From the NCBI GenBank assembly GCA_963713605.1, contig CAVQMO010000015.1, positions 1 to 64,000 on the forward strand: a stretch of 64,000 bases of DNA. Reading direction: 5' to 3'. Origin of the DNA: an uncultured Nitrososphaerales archaeon (GTDB lineage Archaea > Thermoproteota > Nitrososphaeria > Nitrososphaerales > Nitrososphaeraceae). A program made the position numbers and the translations under genes. This document shows positions 1 through 10,246 of this stretch, in pieces. Under the pieces are notes generated by a model. The model did no database searches and had not been told where the DNA came from. It saw only the letters and a program-made list of their open reading frames with translations. Numbering within the stretch: the stretch's first letter is position 1; each line of letters opens with the position of its first letter.

Positions 1-286
1 GATGCTCTTTAGAGTTTATATTGTTTTATCTTAAATTTCATCATATTCCAGAGGCCCACTCGTGATCAAAAGAATATGTGTACAAAAGTGTTGTAACCCA
101 ACCATAGGCATACTTTTCAATTGACACCTATCAACGGCTTTAGTGACGAAAGGAAGCATGAGCCATAATAACAAACGGTTTGATCGTTCAACATGACTAC
201 TCAAATAATAATATGGGAAATTGAAAGCCAGCTCTAATTAGATAAACTTCTCTCCCAAAAGTTGACACGCTAACAAATGATTGTTA

Positions 287-496
287 TCACTGAGGAAAAA
301 TGCACATTTGTTTTTGTACATTACCTTTACTCTTTTTCTGTTCCTCAATCATTCTTTGAGGAAAATATGTAATGCCGTGATCTAATTTCAAATGACTAAG
401 AAAAGCTACTCCATTATTTACAATGTCCTTAACTATTAGTCCTCGATTACAAATGCTACATTTGATAACGTGTTCATCTCTTGATGTTATAGACAA
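287..496 (-). CDS. small C2H2-type zinc-finger protein
   Basis: CSIC...SHLKLDH motif in a 69-aa ORF. Confidence 0.55.
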   Translation of the reverse strand: MSITSRDEHVIKCSICNRGLIVKDIVNNGVAFLSHLKLDHGITYFPQRMIEEQKKSKGNVQKQMCIFPQ

Positions 497-1009
497 GATG
501 ACATATCAGTACTTAATCAATTATATCAACCTATATAGTTATTATTGCCCGTTTATGGCTTTCATATTAGTCCCTTCCATGTAATTCTTTAGACTTTTTA
601 TACTATAGACATCTTAGATGTGGTATATGATAAAGCTGGTACGAAATTAAACATAGATAATGAAGCAGCCGAAATAATTGGAGTACACAATGTTAGCCAG
701 TCAAAAAAGATTGTTGGCCTTACAACCCACAATTATCCTCTTGGGTGTCCATTCATAAGTGATAAATTATACTTCAAGCAGTTCGACTAAATTTAGTCAG
801 TCGTGCCAACCTTGAATTCTGTTATTACTTCCTTGATATAGTTAATAACCAAGTAAGTTGAGTTCAGCTAATTATCAAAAAGCCGTTCCCAAATTTCATA
901 AGTAAAAACAGATTATTTACACTGTTCGCCGGATATTCGATTGATCCAGTTAATTTAAACTCGAATTTAATACGAATGCGCTCAATTGTCTTAAGACACT
1001 TAGGTGAGA

Positions 1010-1219
1010 TTATTTTTTTGTATCTCCGTGATAAGCTGTATCATTTACGGAATTTTGAGAAGGCTGCTCTTCAAGTGGGATGTATATCCCATCGTCTTTA
1101 ACTATTAATTCTAGTTTATGTCCTTTTCCCAAATTGAATCCGTCTACGACTGGTTTTGGCAGAACGATAACCGAGCTGGTACCCAAGGCTGTGACAGTGA
1201 CAGTGTATTTCGTCGGCAT
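1010..1219 (-). CDS. AbrB/MazE/SpoVT-family DNA-binding protein
   Basis: GTSSVIVLPKPVVDGFNLGKGHKLELIV swapped-hairpin signature. Confidence 0.8.
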   Translation of the reverse strand: MPTKYTVTVTALGTSSVIVLPKPVVDGFNLGKGHKLELIVKDDGIYIPLEEQPSQNSVNDTAYHGDTKK

Positions 1220-1329
1220 TATAATTGGAATCTATTGATTATATTATATTTAATACTTATGTATGATATTTATGGGCAAATATATTTTACTTAAGATAAC
1301 CATAATAATGGGCATACATATAATAGATT

Positions 1330-2574
1330 ATGGTTATAGAATCGGCATCTCGGCCTTTGTCTATTCTGCTTGTCTCTCCAGAGTTCCCACCTATGTCAGG
1401 GGGTATAGGACGTTATACTTACAATTTGAAGAAGAACCTGATTGAGAGGGGACTTACCGTTCAGGTTGTCTGTGATGGGCGAGGGAGTGGAGAATTTTCT
1501 GGAATATCTCAACACAACGCCAGAAACTCAGAGATATTATTAGAATTAGTTGATAAGATAAAACCTGATGTCGTGCATGTTCAGTACGAACCAGGATTGT
1601 ACGGCTTGAAACTTGACATGCTTAACCCGGCAAAGACTAGCACTAATATTGACTCCTTTTACAAACTTTGTAAGGTCCCGATAATTACTACCTTTCATTC
1701 TGCCTATCCATTCAGACAATGGATGAACCTTCCTATTCCAATTTACGAGCGACCAAAGGATCATTACCTGATAAAAAGAGCAAAACGTATGATCAGTTAT
1801 TGGACAAGGCTAATTAATTCCCGTTCGTTTCAAAGGCTAAATACACAAAAGCTAGCACAAAGCGCTGCTGGAATAGTATTTTCAAAGAGCATGTCAAGGA
1901 CGTTGGGAGATAAAGGATGTCACGTAATATTTCATGGTGGTGAACGGCAAGATTTTGGATCAGGTCAAATCAAAAGCGAGATAAAAAAATCATATTCTAT
2001 ACCAGAACAAGGTCGTATTGCCTTAGCACTAGGGTATGCGACGGCAACCAAAGGTTGGGATTTGATAGAAAAAATGGATATCCCAGATCATTGGACAATC
2101 GTGATTAATCCTTCGAAGAACGGATATAGCAATGAGAAATATCATAATGTGACAAAGAAGAAGAATTTGATCAATTTGCATATGGATTTTCTCAGCGAAG
2201 AGCAGTTGTCTGCATTATTTTCTTGCGCCGATGCAGTCATTTTGCCATACAAAGTTAGCTCAGGATCCGGGATTATGTTTGATGGGTTGTCATATGGTCT
2301 TCCTTTTATCGCTACCCAACTAGCATTTTTTGAAGAGTTCGCGTTTCGAGGCTTAGGCATCGCGGTTAAGCGTAAAGCTAAGGTCTTTTCAAAGGCATTG
2401 CTAGACCTCGATATTAGCTACGATAAATATGTCAAAAAAATCAGTGACTTTAAGAAAGAAATAGCTTGGCAGGAAGTAGCCAATAGACATGCTAAACTAT
2501 ATCGTCAAATCGCGAAAAGAAACGAACGAGCAGTTGTTTACCCTTTGAACGTGGGAAGCAAAAGAGTTATCTAA
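1330..2574 (+). CDS. GT4-family (GT-B) glycosyltransferase
   Basis: EFPPMSGGIGRY N-terminus, KPDVVHVQYE, ADAVILPY..SGSG..GLPFIAT. Confidence 0.9.
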   Translation: MVIESASRPLSILLVSPEFPPMSGGIGRYTYNLKKNLIERGLTVQVVCDGRGSGEFSGISQHNARNSEILLELVDKIKPDVVHVQYEPGLYGLKLDMLNPAKTSTNIDSFYKLCKVPIITTFHSAYPFRQWMNLPIPIYERPKDHYLIKRAKRMISYWTRLINSRSFQRLNTQKLAQSAAGIVFSKSMSRTLGDKGCHVIFHGGERQDFGSGQIKSEIKKSYSIPEQGRIALALGYATATKGWDLIEKMDIPDHWTIVINPSKNGYSNEKYHNVTKKKNLINLHMDFLSEEQLSALFSCADAVILPYKVSSGSGIMFDGLSYGLPFIATQLAFFEEFAFRGLGIAVKRKAKVFSKALLDLDISYDKYVKKISDFKKEIAWQEVANRHAKLYRQIAKRNERAVVYPLNVGSKRVI

Positions 2575-2615
2575 ACATGCGATTGTGTTAGCAGATTCTT
2601 TGGCTTCTAATCCAA

Positions 2616-2687
2616 GCCTATGGAAAGCGCTGCCAAGTGGATTCAATTGCAGGGATAGTCACATTCACCCACTTGGCCTCTGGAAAG
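2616..2687. ncRNA. candidate guide/antisense stem-loop RNA carrying a 26-nt copy of the downstream membrane-protein gene
   Basis: Inverted repeat gccaagtgg (2632-2640)/ccacttggc (2669-2677) encloses 2642-2667, identical to 3572-3597; bracketed by direct repeat gcct(a/c)tggaaag. Confidence 0.4.
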
Positions 2688-2879
2688 TGGTCGTGGCAAC
2701 ATTAAAATAATTTGAGCTCTTATATCTGGATAACCTCTTGTTATAAATAATAATATTCCCTATTCTTTACTAAATAAAGGATACCATAATCGCTCATTAC
2801 TCGATACTAAAAGAGGCCTAGATTTCCATGTCAATGGCTTAATTTCTCAAATATATAATTCGCAATTAGGAATAATCAT

Positions 2880-3330
2880 TCAAAATTTTCCAGAATGTTT
2901 TTTATACATCACTCAAAGTATTGATAAGTTGATGAACGGCGAAGTTCAAATTACAGATTTAGTTATCTCCAAGTTACTACGACAGAATATAGAAAAGTAC
3001 AGACGTCTATTCCCACATGTCGCAGCAGCAATTAAACTAAATGTATCTGGAGTTATAACAGGCCGCGGAGATAATATTCAGCACGTATATACAGATTCGA
3101 ACCATTCAGATCCGCTTCAAAGAGTAGTGCTCTCCAAACTAATTTCTTCTGAGAGTTATGATAGAGAGGAATATCTCGATATGATATTAGATTCAGCAGA
3201 GGCGGTTTTATCGGTGTTTGGATTTAATCGATCATTATTTGGATTTGACCGAAAAAAGACCTATTATTGGTGCGACGAAATATACCAACGACTTGAGCGT
3301 GATATTGAATCAATGAAAACAGAGTTATAA
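2880..3330 (+). pseudogene. C-terminal fragment of a family B DNA polymerase (PolB2-like)
   Basis: DLVISKLLRQNIEKY..PHVAAA..G.NIQHVYTD..YDREEYLDMILDSAEAVL resembles the PolB C-terminal region; no catalytic N-terminal part upstream. Confidence 0.7.
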
Positions 3331-3428
3331 AAGATGAGTCTATTCCCGGACGAAGATGTTCTTACAGCTGATCTTTAAAGATTTTTCTACATGCAAGTTG
3401 AATGATGTGACGGAGTTAAGAGCATAAA

Positions 3429-4763
3429 ATGCGCCAAATCAAGCCAACTGCTATGTTTTTGGAGACTAATAGTAGCAAGAAACTTTTCATGCTTATGATA
3501 GTGGTGATAATTACCATCATAATTGATTCACAAATCGGTTATATCGCTGATTTCATTCCTGAGCAGCTGTCTTCAATTGCAGGGATAGTCACATTCATTA
3601 TTTTTGCAGTAATATTTGCGATAACACAATATCTTATTTTAGCTTTCGTAAGACACTCTAACATAGAAATGAGACAAAGAGCACCACATCTCCACATATT
3701 GCATACTGCGGTATCTGTTGCTCAATATGTACTTATAGTAGTGATGGCACTTGTTATTTTGCAAATTCTAATAGCACAGCAATATAACATCATAACTCTC
3801 TATATTACTTATGCCATAAGTTACGGACTTTGGATAGTAATATTAGGACTCTTAGCCAGAGCTTTTTTCACTTGGTACAAACTCTCTAATAAAAATATTA
3901 TTGTATTAATATTTACTTTATCTATGATCGCGTATGTGGTCAACGGAATATTGGGTCTGGCAGTATATTCTGACTTGCTGATGCAACAGAAGACTGTGAT
4001 AACATCTACTGATGTGGCGTACTTTCCTGAATTCAGTCTTGAAGAAGTTGGAAGTCAGATTGCAACAGCCAATCTCATAGCTTCTACCACGGCATATGTT
4101 CTCACTTGGATTGGCACAGTCAGGATGCTATATCCATATATCAAAAAATTGGGTAAGATCAAATTCTGGATTATTATGGGCGTAGTTATGGTCTACTATA
4201 TTATCTCTTCATACCCGCTATCTTTATTGGAATATTTTACTCCATCAACAGATGAAATAACAAATATTCTTATCTTTTCATTATCTGGAATTCTTTCAGG
4301 AATCATATTTGGAGCAGCATTCTTATCCGTGGCAAAAACTTTACGAAAAGACAGTAGTCTCAGAAAGCATATGATAATTGCAGCATATGGATTTGTTCTT
4401 TTTTATATTGCTGGGTCTGCAGCCGCCGCTCAGGCTGCTTATCCCCCATTTGGAATTGTCTCTATTTCGTTTATCGGATTATCTTGCTATTTGATATATG
4501 TAGGTCTATATTCAGCAGCAGTTACAGTTTCTCAGGATACGTCTTTACGTCTATCTATTAGAAAGTCATTAACTGAACAAGCAAAATTTCTACATAGTAT
4601 GGGGTCGGCTCAAATGGAACAAGAGCTACAATCAACGGTTATGAAGATCGCAAAGAAGCATTCGGATGTGTTGACAGAAAAGACTGGAGTTGAATCTTCA
4701 TTGACTGATAATGATATCAAAGAGTATATGTCAATGGTCTTGAATGAGATTCACAAGTCTTGA
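3429..4763 (+). CDS. 444-aa polytopic (~10 TM) membrane protein of unknown function, paralog A
   Basis: Repeated hydrophobic segments; motifs GKIKFW, AYGF, YPPFG, GLYS-AV-SQ shared with 25034..26368. Confidence 0.85.
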   Translation: MRQIKPTAMFLETNSSKKLFMLMIVVIITIIIDSQIGYIADFIPEQLSSIAGIVTFIIFAVIFAITQYLILAFVRHSNIEMRQRAPHLHILHTAVSVAQYVLIVVMALVILQILIAQQYNIITLYITYAISYGLWIVILGLLARAFFTWYKLSNKNIIVLIFTLSMIAYVVNGILGLAVYSDLLMQQKTVITSTDVAYFPEFSLEEVGSQIATANLIASTTAYVLTWIGTVRMLYPYIKKLGKIKFWIIMGVVMVYYIISSYPLSLLEYFTPSTDEITNILIFSLSGILSGIIFGAAFLSVAKTLRKDSSLRKHMIIAAYGFVLFYIAGSAAAAQAAYPPFGIVSISFIGLSCYLIYVGLYSAAVTVSQDTSLRLSIRKSLTEQAKFLHSMGSAQMEQELQSTVMKIAKKHSDVLTEKTGVESSLTDNDIKEYMSMVLNEIHKS

Positions 4764-4808
4764 GTACGAAGTCAAATGTATTAATTCATGGTCTGAATTG
4801 ATAAAGAT

Positions 4809-5180
4809 TCAGTCTACACAGATCCCGGGACAGCTACTTTCTTGAATAAGTGTGGAGACATCACAGTATTGGGCAAAATTTTAGCAATGTTTGATCTAAA
4901 CCCTGGTCTATCAAATGCCTGCCTGCTTAAAATGTGCTGCGGATTCCCAAACGATAAAGTTAACGAATGTGGTACTGCTAGCAATTCCCCGATGCAGCTG
5001 GGCGGAAATGAATCCGGGTTGCTGTTTGAAATTTTTTGTAGTCTTAGCGAACACCTGTAAAAACTCATCGATCTCTTGGGGGTCTACATTGAACCTATTC
5101 ATCACGATGATTGGTCTAACATCTTCATCCAATTGTTTTTCAAGAGTTATTCTTTCATCTGTTTCTACGATTTTTACCAT
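4809..5180 (-). pseudogene. antibiotic biosynthesis monooxygenase (ABM) family protein, frameshifted
   Basis: FKQQPGFISAQLHRGI..VWES; C-terminus AFDRPGFRSNI..PHLFKKVAVPG continues in another frame after ~4920. Confidence 0.8.
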
Positions 5181-5528
5181 AGCAAAGCTTATGGATCTTA
5201 GTATTTCAGTTTTCGTTGATCAACCATCAATAGGCACCAAACAACATGAAAATATTATGATATATTGCACCTTCATATTTGACAACTAAATTGACAATCC
5301 TAGTTGACATTCTTTCTTTAACTGAGCCATTTCTTTGTCGGCAATCTTATTCAATTAAATGGTTTATAGTGTTAAGAGATTCTGACATGTTCAATAACAG
5401 AGGTTGATGTGAAACAGATATTCCCCCCCCATTAACCATACAAAAGTCAAGCCATTAAAAGTCTTGAAGATACGTTATAACTTCCTAAAAAATTAGCGGT
5501 CCGTGTTTTTCAAGACCTTCTAAGACGA

Positions 5529-6044
5529 ATGTATATATGTATGGATAGTCTCTTACTCTTTTCCAATATGGCATGGATAAATTTCATCGCTGGTATATTA
5601 CTAACGATAAAGATCATTGTCATAGCCAGCTCATTTACTTCCTATGTATTAGCGGAAGAGATACAACAAGATAGTACTCCAGTTACACTTATCCCTGCCA
5701 TAACTCAAAATATCCTTACTGTAGTTTCGCTCTTGATAGGTACATCGTCATTTATCCTAGGGCTAAGAATCCAAAATCTAGCAAGATCGACGTCTTCAAA
5801 CTCATCATCACCATCACCATCAATAATGATTAACAAATACATGGAGACATTAATACTAGCACTAGTTATTCCATCAATAGCAGTTATTATCTCTGGAATA
5901 TTTTTGGTTGGAATACAGCTAGAGCCTGGAGATCTTGCTTATTTACTACTACTGTTTGCTCTCTTTATTCCAGCAGGAGTAATACTGTTCCTAATTAGAA
6001 ATTTGCGTAGGACTATAATCAATCAAGATATTGAAGAACAATAG
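5529..6044 (+). CDS. membrane protein, hypothetical
   Basis: Signal-like N-terminus plus about 3 hydrophobic helices. Confidence 0.65.
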   Translation: MYICMDSLLLFSNMAWINFIAGILLTIKIIVIASSFTSYVLAEEIQQDSTPVTLIPAITQNILTVVSLLIGTSSFILGLRIQNLARSTSSNSSSPSPSIMINKYMETLILALVIPSIAVIISGIFLVGIQLEPGDLAYLLLLFALFIPAGVILFLIRNLRRTIINQDIEEQ

Positions 6045-6080
6045 ACAGTAATTTCATGAATCTGACCACTCAGTAGATCT

Positions 6081-6194
6081 CACGGTCTGATTGGGTGGTG
6101 GGATGACCCGTAACACACAAAGAAGAGAATGCCATTCAAATGAGAATGGTCTCATGAAGAATGTTTGGTCATGAGAAAACTTCTGATTTATTGA
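6081..6194 (+). pseudogene. remnant of the C-terminal half of a paralog of 36080..36286
   Basis: Translates GLIGWWDDP*HTKKRMPFK*EWSHEECLVMR versus GLVNWWVEHP..VPVKRGWSKEECESMR. Confidence 0.65.
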
Positions 6195-6370
6195 CAAAGA
6201 GTGAATATATCAGCACAGATTCGTATTAGAAAAGATTGTTTTATTAAATTAATTCCAATATTCATGGTATAATGGTAAAGATATACTTTATTTCTCTTAG
6301 CTTCTTCAAAATATAGTTCATAAAGTATTATATATATTACTGTCATAATAGGTATCTAAGTAATACTAGC

Positions 6371-6538
6371 GTGGATGAAAAAACTGAGCATATTCAAGTA
6401 ACACTTAGCAAAGAAAAGTACAAGAATTCTGAATACGATGACAATACTGTCGAGTGTCTAATGAAATATCTTGAGTTAGAGAGCTATGAGCAGTTAGAAG
6501 ACTTCTTAATTCATAGTCACGTTCCAAAGTTCGATTAG
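6371..6538 (+). CDS. 55-aa hypothetical micro-protein (not in ORF track)
   Basis: GTG-start ORF MDEKTEHIQ..CLMKYLELESYEQLEDFLIHSHVPKFD after an AT-rich TATA-like tract. Confidence 0.5.
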   Translation: MDEKTEHIQVTLSKEKYKNSEYDDNTVECLMKYLELESYEQLEDFLIHSHVPKFD

Positions 6539-6593
6539 ATTTATGTAGAGCAAACATTCAAAGTCTTTTATATGATAAATGTAAATTATTATT

Positions 6594-6749
6594 ATGGTAA
6601 ATGATTCTAAAAATAATGATTCAGTTTATTTTAAAAAAAGTAATGATTTGCTGAGTGGAATGAAACGTTATTTGCGAATAGAACACCAAGATGACGATGA
6701 AGAATTACTAGAATATTTGCAAAAGCAGGCAGGCCTACATAGGGATTAA
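6594..6749 (+). CDS. 51-aa hypothetical micro-protein (not in ORF track)
   Basis: MVNDSKNN..GMKRYLRIEHQDDDEELLEYLQKQAGLHRD; TTTTATAT box ~25 nt upstream. Confidence 0.5.
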   Translation: MVNDSKNNDSVYFKKSNDLLSGMKRYLRIEHQDDDEELLEYLQKQAGLHRD

Positions 6750-7153
6750 ATGCCAACCAAATTGGTTGTTTTTTTAAATCATAAATAATTATGGAGCATT
6801 GAATTGCTAACCGAAAATTTACAATAAAATCATGTTTATTTTAATCGAAGCTATATTCTAATTCAACAAAATCTGCTCGTAAAGCTTTTATCTCGATGCA
6901 GTACATCGAGCGCAAGTGTTAGAAATGACACGTTCAATCAATCAATGCTATAGTTGACGGGGCGTCATTCCGATTTCGATGATAAAACCTATATGTTGCC
7001 CATTCAGTTTTATGCGATTGCGAGCCAGATCATTAACATATCTTATTAGCCGTCTTAACTATTCGATCAAGTATACAGGAGAAACGGCATAACATCGATT
7101 AGATTTCGGAAAACGAGAGTCGAGATATGGTATGTAATCACTTTTCTGTCTTA

Positions 7154-7300
7154 TCATGTTGTCAGGCCTGTAAGCTTCTTAAACATATTAAAGAATTCAA
7201 GCTCATCCATATTTTTCTTGCCTGCAAATGCGTCTTCTGTTGCTACTACTGCTGATGCAACGAGCATTACTGCTACTGTTACCATTATTACAAAAGTCAT
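7154..7300 (-). pseudogene. signal-peptide remnant of the CGN secreted-protein family with unrelated tail
   Basis: MTFVIMVTVAVMLVASAVVATEDAFAGKKN resembles the signal of 16377..16631 (VMLVGATALSTTDNVFAGKKK). Confidence 0.55.
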
Positions 7301-8707
7301 GATGATTTCAAAGCATTATTTTGGACAAAAAATAAAGACTGTAACTGGTGCGAATATTCTGGCTACTACTAAAATCTTGAATCATATTCATTGCTAATAG
7401 CAACCTTATTGTATAAGATTCATAGCCAGGCATTATGGTTTATTCTCATTGAATAGTACCACTGCTACATTTTGTGGCATCAATAAACGGCAAAGATTCC
7501 TACTTACATAAGCCAGTTATGTGTTCTTGAAGGCGAAAACATCAACTTCTAAATAGAGAAAAACCACGTGTTCACTTAATGACGACATTTGAAAAGCCAT
7601 TGAATGTAGTTGTATTACTGGTTGGTGGCTATATTCTACAAGGAATGCTTCAGCGAGTGGCATCCAATACGATTATCACAAGGATTCACTATATGACATT
7701 CAAAAAAAGCGTTATTCTAGATTAACAAGACTGCAATTATTGGGGCATTAATAATTCAAAATAAAATCGATAGGTATTTTGCCTATTGTTTTCATCGTGA
7801 GATGTTACTAACATTTTCATTTTCGACTTGATGATGGCGATATTGGTGTAGGATACAAGCTTTTATGTTACTTACAAAATCTTCCAACAATGATGCAAAA
7901 TCGATATATAAGTCCCTGTGAAAATTACTCCCAATTAGACAGTTCGCGGATTTATTGGTCTCTGTTGTATTATGAAGCGAATTGTGACAGTGTCCATTTT
8001 CAGTTTTTTTCTTAAGATTAACTTTTAACCATGATAGGGCCATTATACCTAACATCAACATCCCCGTTTCGGTATGTAGGTAACTATATTGGGTGATTTC
8101 GTCCTCTTTATTGCTGCACTGGTTTTGGGTGGGCCTGTCAGAGTATTCTCGACTGTGTAAAAGTACAGTTTACGGCTAACGAAGACCAAAAAAAGCCATT
8201 TGGTACAATTTTATTATCAGCTGCTCCGTATGGGGGTCCGAAAGATGCGAATGTCTCTTCTATTGATGAGTAGAAGGCATCTGGATCGAGCTGTTTTTTA
8301 AACCATTTTGGATTTGCCAATGAGCCAATATTGAATGTTCGTGTATTAATGTAGATTGGTCTATAGATAGCACAGGGATATTGCTTATTATTCTTGTATG
8401 ATTATTAAAAATATCATCTTTTACTATTTATATTGCCATGTTTCGTTTTCCTTGCATTAACTAGATTTAATATTGCGATAATTAATAATCTAAAAAAACA
8501 TTTCTTCCATAACTGTGATCAAGGTATGCAAGATATCTTAACTGCTATTTTGTAAGTGTAAGTGAAGTCTAGTAGCTAGAAACATTTTGTCGTTAAGAAT
8601 TCTCTTGACAAACTAGTTACAATTTCAGATGGCGAAAACTATCTCCAAAAGTTTTAATCTGCAACGATGATCTGATTCAATCGTCATCAATACTTGCTAT
8701 TGGTCAT

Positions 8708-9130
8708 CTATTTAGTTCGATTTAGATAATCAGCTATCTCTTCAAATGTCATACCAGAGTCATTCAGCTCTATCAATGATTCTTTACTAATACCAGCCCG
8801 TCTCAAAGCAACTAGTGCAGCATATAATCTTCTCTCTGCATTAGAACAACACTTACCATCCCAACCATAGTATGACATAATGACACCCATAGCACATCTT
8901 CCGTTAATTCCATCAGTATATTGCTCCCTGATCTGCGTAAATTGTTTTCCATATGCGCGTAGAATTTGGGAAATAGATAATTCTTGTGTCAATAATTGCT
9001 GTTGTTCTCTCAGCGGGTTAATATTGAGTCTATCATTATGGCGCTCCCTGGTCTGTATTAGTTTGCTTCTATACTTGCTTAGAATTTGGGAAATAGATAA
9101 TTCTTGTGTCAATAGTTGCTGTTGAGCCAT
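8708..9130 (-). CDS. hypothetical protein with duplicated N-terminus
   Basis: QQQLLTQELSISQIL twice; GRCAMGVI..ELNDSGMTFEEIADYL core. Confidence 0.7.
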   Translation of the reverse strand: MAQQQLLTQELSISQILSKYRSKLIQTRERHNDRLNINPLREQQQLLTQELSISQILRAYGKQFTQIREQYTDGINGRCAMGVIMSYYGWDGKCCSNAERRLYAALVALRRAGISKESLIELNDSGMTFEEIADYLNRTK

Positions 9131-9294
9131 ATATTGCTTATATCATAAACACAAACAAGCTATTTAGATGCTACGCTACTATTATTCTACGGAAGCAAAA
9201 TTCATATGATAATTAGACATGCTGGGATAGCAAAGAAAACAGCTAGATGTTTCGGGACGAAAATAAAATGGATGAAGTATGGATGAGATGTATC

Positions 9295-9474
9295 TCAACC
9301 TTCTCTTTCACGACCATGATGTTCGCCTTTTTCGTGGTCATGTGTGTGAGTTGTTCCATCCTCATGTGTGTGTTCATGTTCATGTTCTATTTCACGACCA
9401 TGATGTTCGCCTTTTTCGTGGTCATGTGTGTGAGTTTTTCCATCCTCATGTGAGTGTTCATGTTCATGTGTCAT
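9295..9474 (-). CDS. 59-aa histidine-rich putative metal-binding micro-protein (not in ORF track)
   Basis: MTHEHEHSHEDGKTHTHDHEKGEHHGREIEHEHEHTHEDGTTHTHDHEKGEHHGREREG; 84-bp in-frame tandem duplication. Confidence 0.8.
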   Translation of the reverse strand: MTHEHEHSHEDGKTHTHDHEKGEHHGREIEHEHEHTHEDGTTHTHDHEKGEHHGREREG

Positions 9475-10246
9475 GTAAACATTATAGATATGTCATGCCT
9501 TATTATGATTTGGATAATTTCTGGTAACAGTAATCTCTATCTTGAATATTGTAAAGTTATTGGAATCAAATTTGTAATTAAAACTGCTTCCAAGGATCAA
9601 TAATTTCAGAAGTAGTCGGGTTGATCCATTATTATTATCGTTGTTTTATCAATACCAATTAAATATGTATATAGGATATGAAAGCTATTTGTGGACAAAT
9701 CATCGCTATTTGTTTGCAAAGTATGCTAATTATCAGATCTATTTCTGTCGTTTTGGAAAAATCTGATAACTAGTCTATAATTCATGTCAATTTTCTTTTT
9801 GTATTTGTATACGATCTTTAAGTTTATTTTTGAACCTTAATTAGGTATTCTCAAGCATTTAGTTTGTCTGAGATTAGACTTGGCTTGTGCGTTTTGTAAA
9901 GCATGGGGCCATTTCACCACATTATAGATCAGTAGGACGTCCAAGAAACACTTTCAGGTTTACCAATCTTAACTATAAATTTGTCAGAACATAACAAAAT
10001 TAGGCTAAATTCTTGTAGTTTAGTAAGACGCAGGACTCTAAATATAATCTATTAATATGAAATGTGATGATTTTTATACAAGAAATCACTACCATTTTAG
10101 ATCATGAAACATAAAAGTTCATGTCGACTGTTTAATATCCGTCTATCTATAAGGATGGTGGCGAGCATTAATAATACCGCTGTCTTTCATTTTGACAACA
10201 ACGTTAACAACAACAACAACAACAACTATGACAGGCCCTGCCGTTT

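Noticed and set aside
1272..1321. Two atgggca-containing direct repeats between the divergent abrB-like and glycosyltransferase genes
   Set aside because: Short and in AT-rich DNA; insufficient to call an operator
9247..9527. Plus-strand ORFs rich in M/F/V/C or H/V
   Set aside because: Antisense shadows of the His-rich minus-strand ORF 9295..9474
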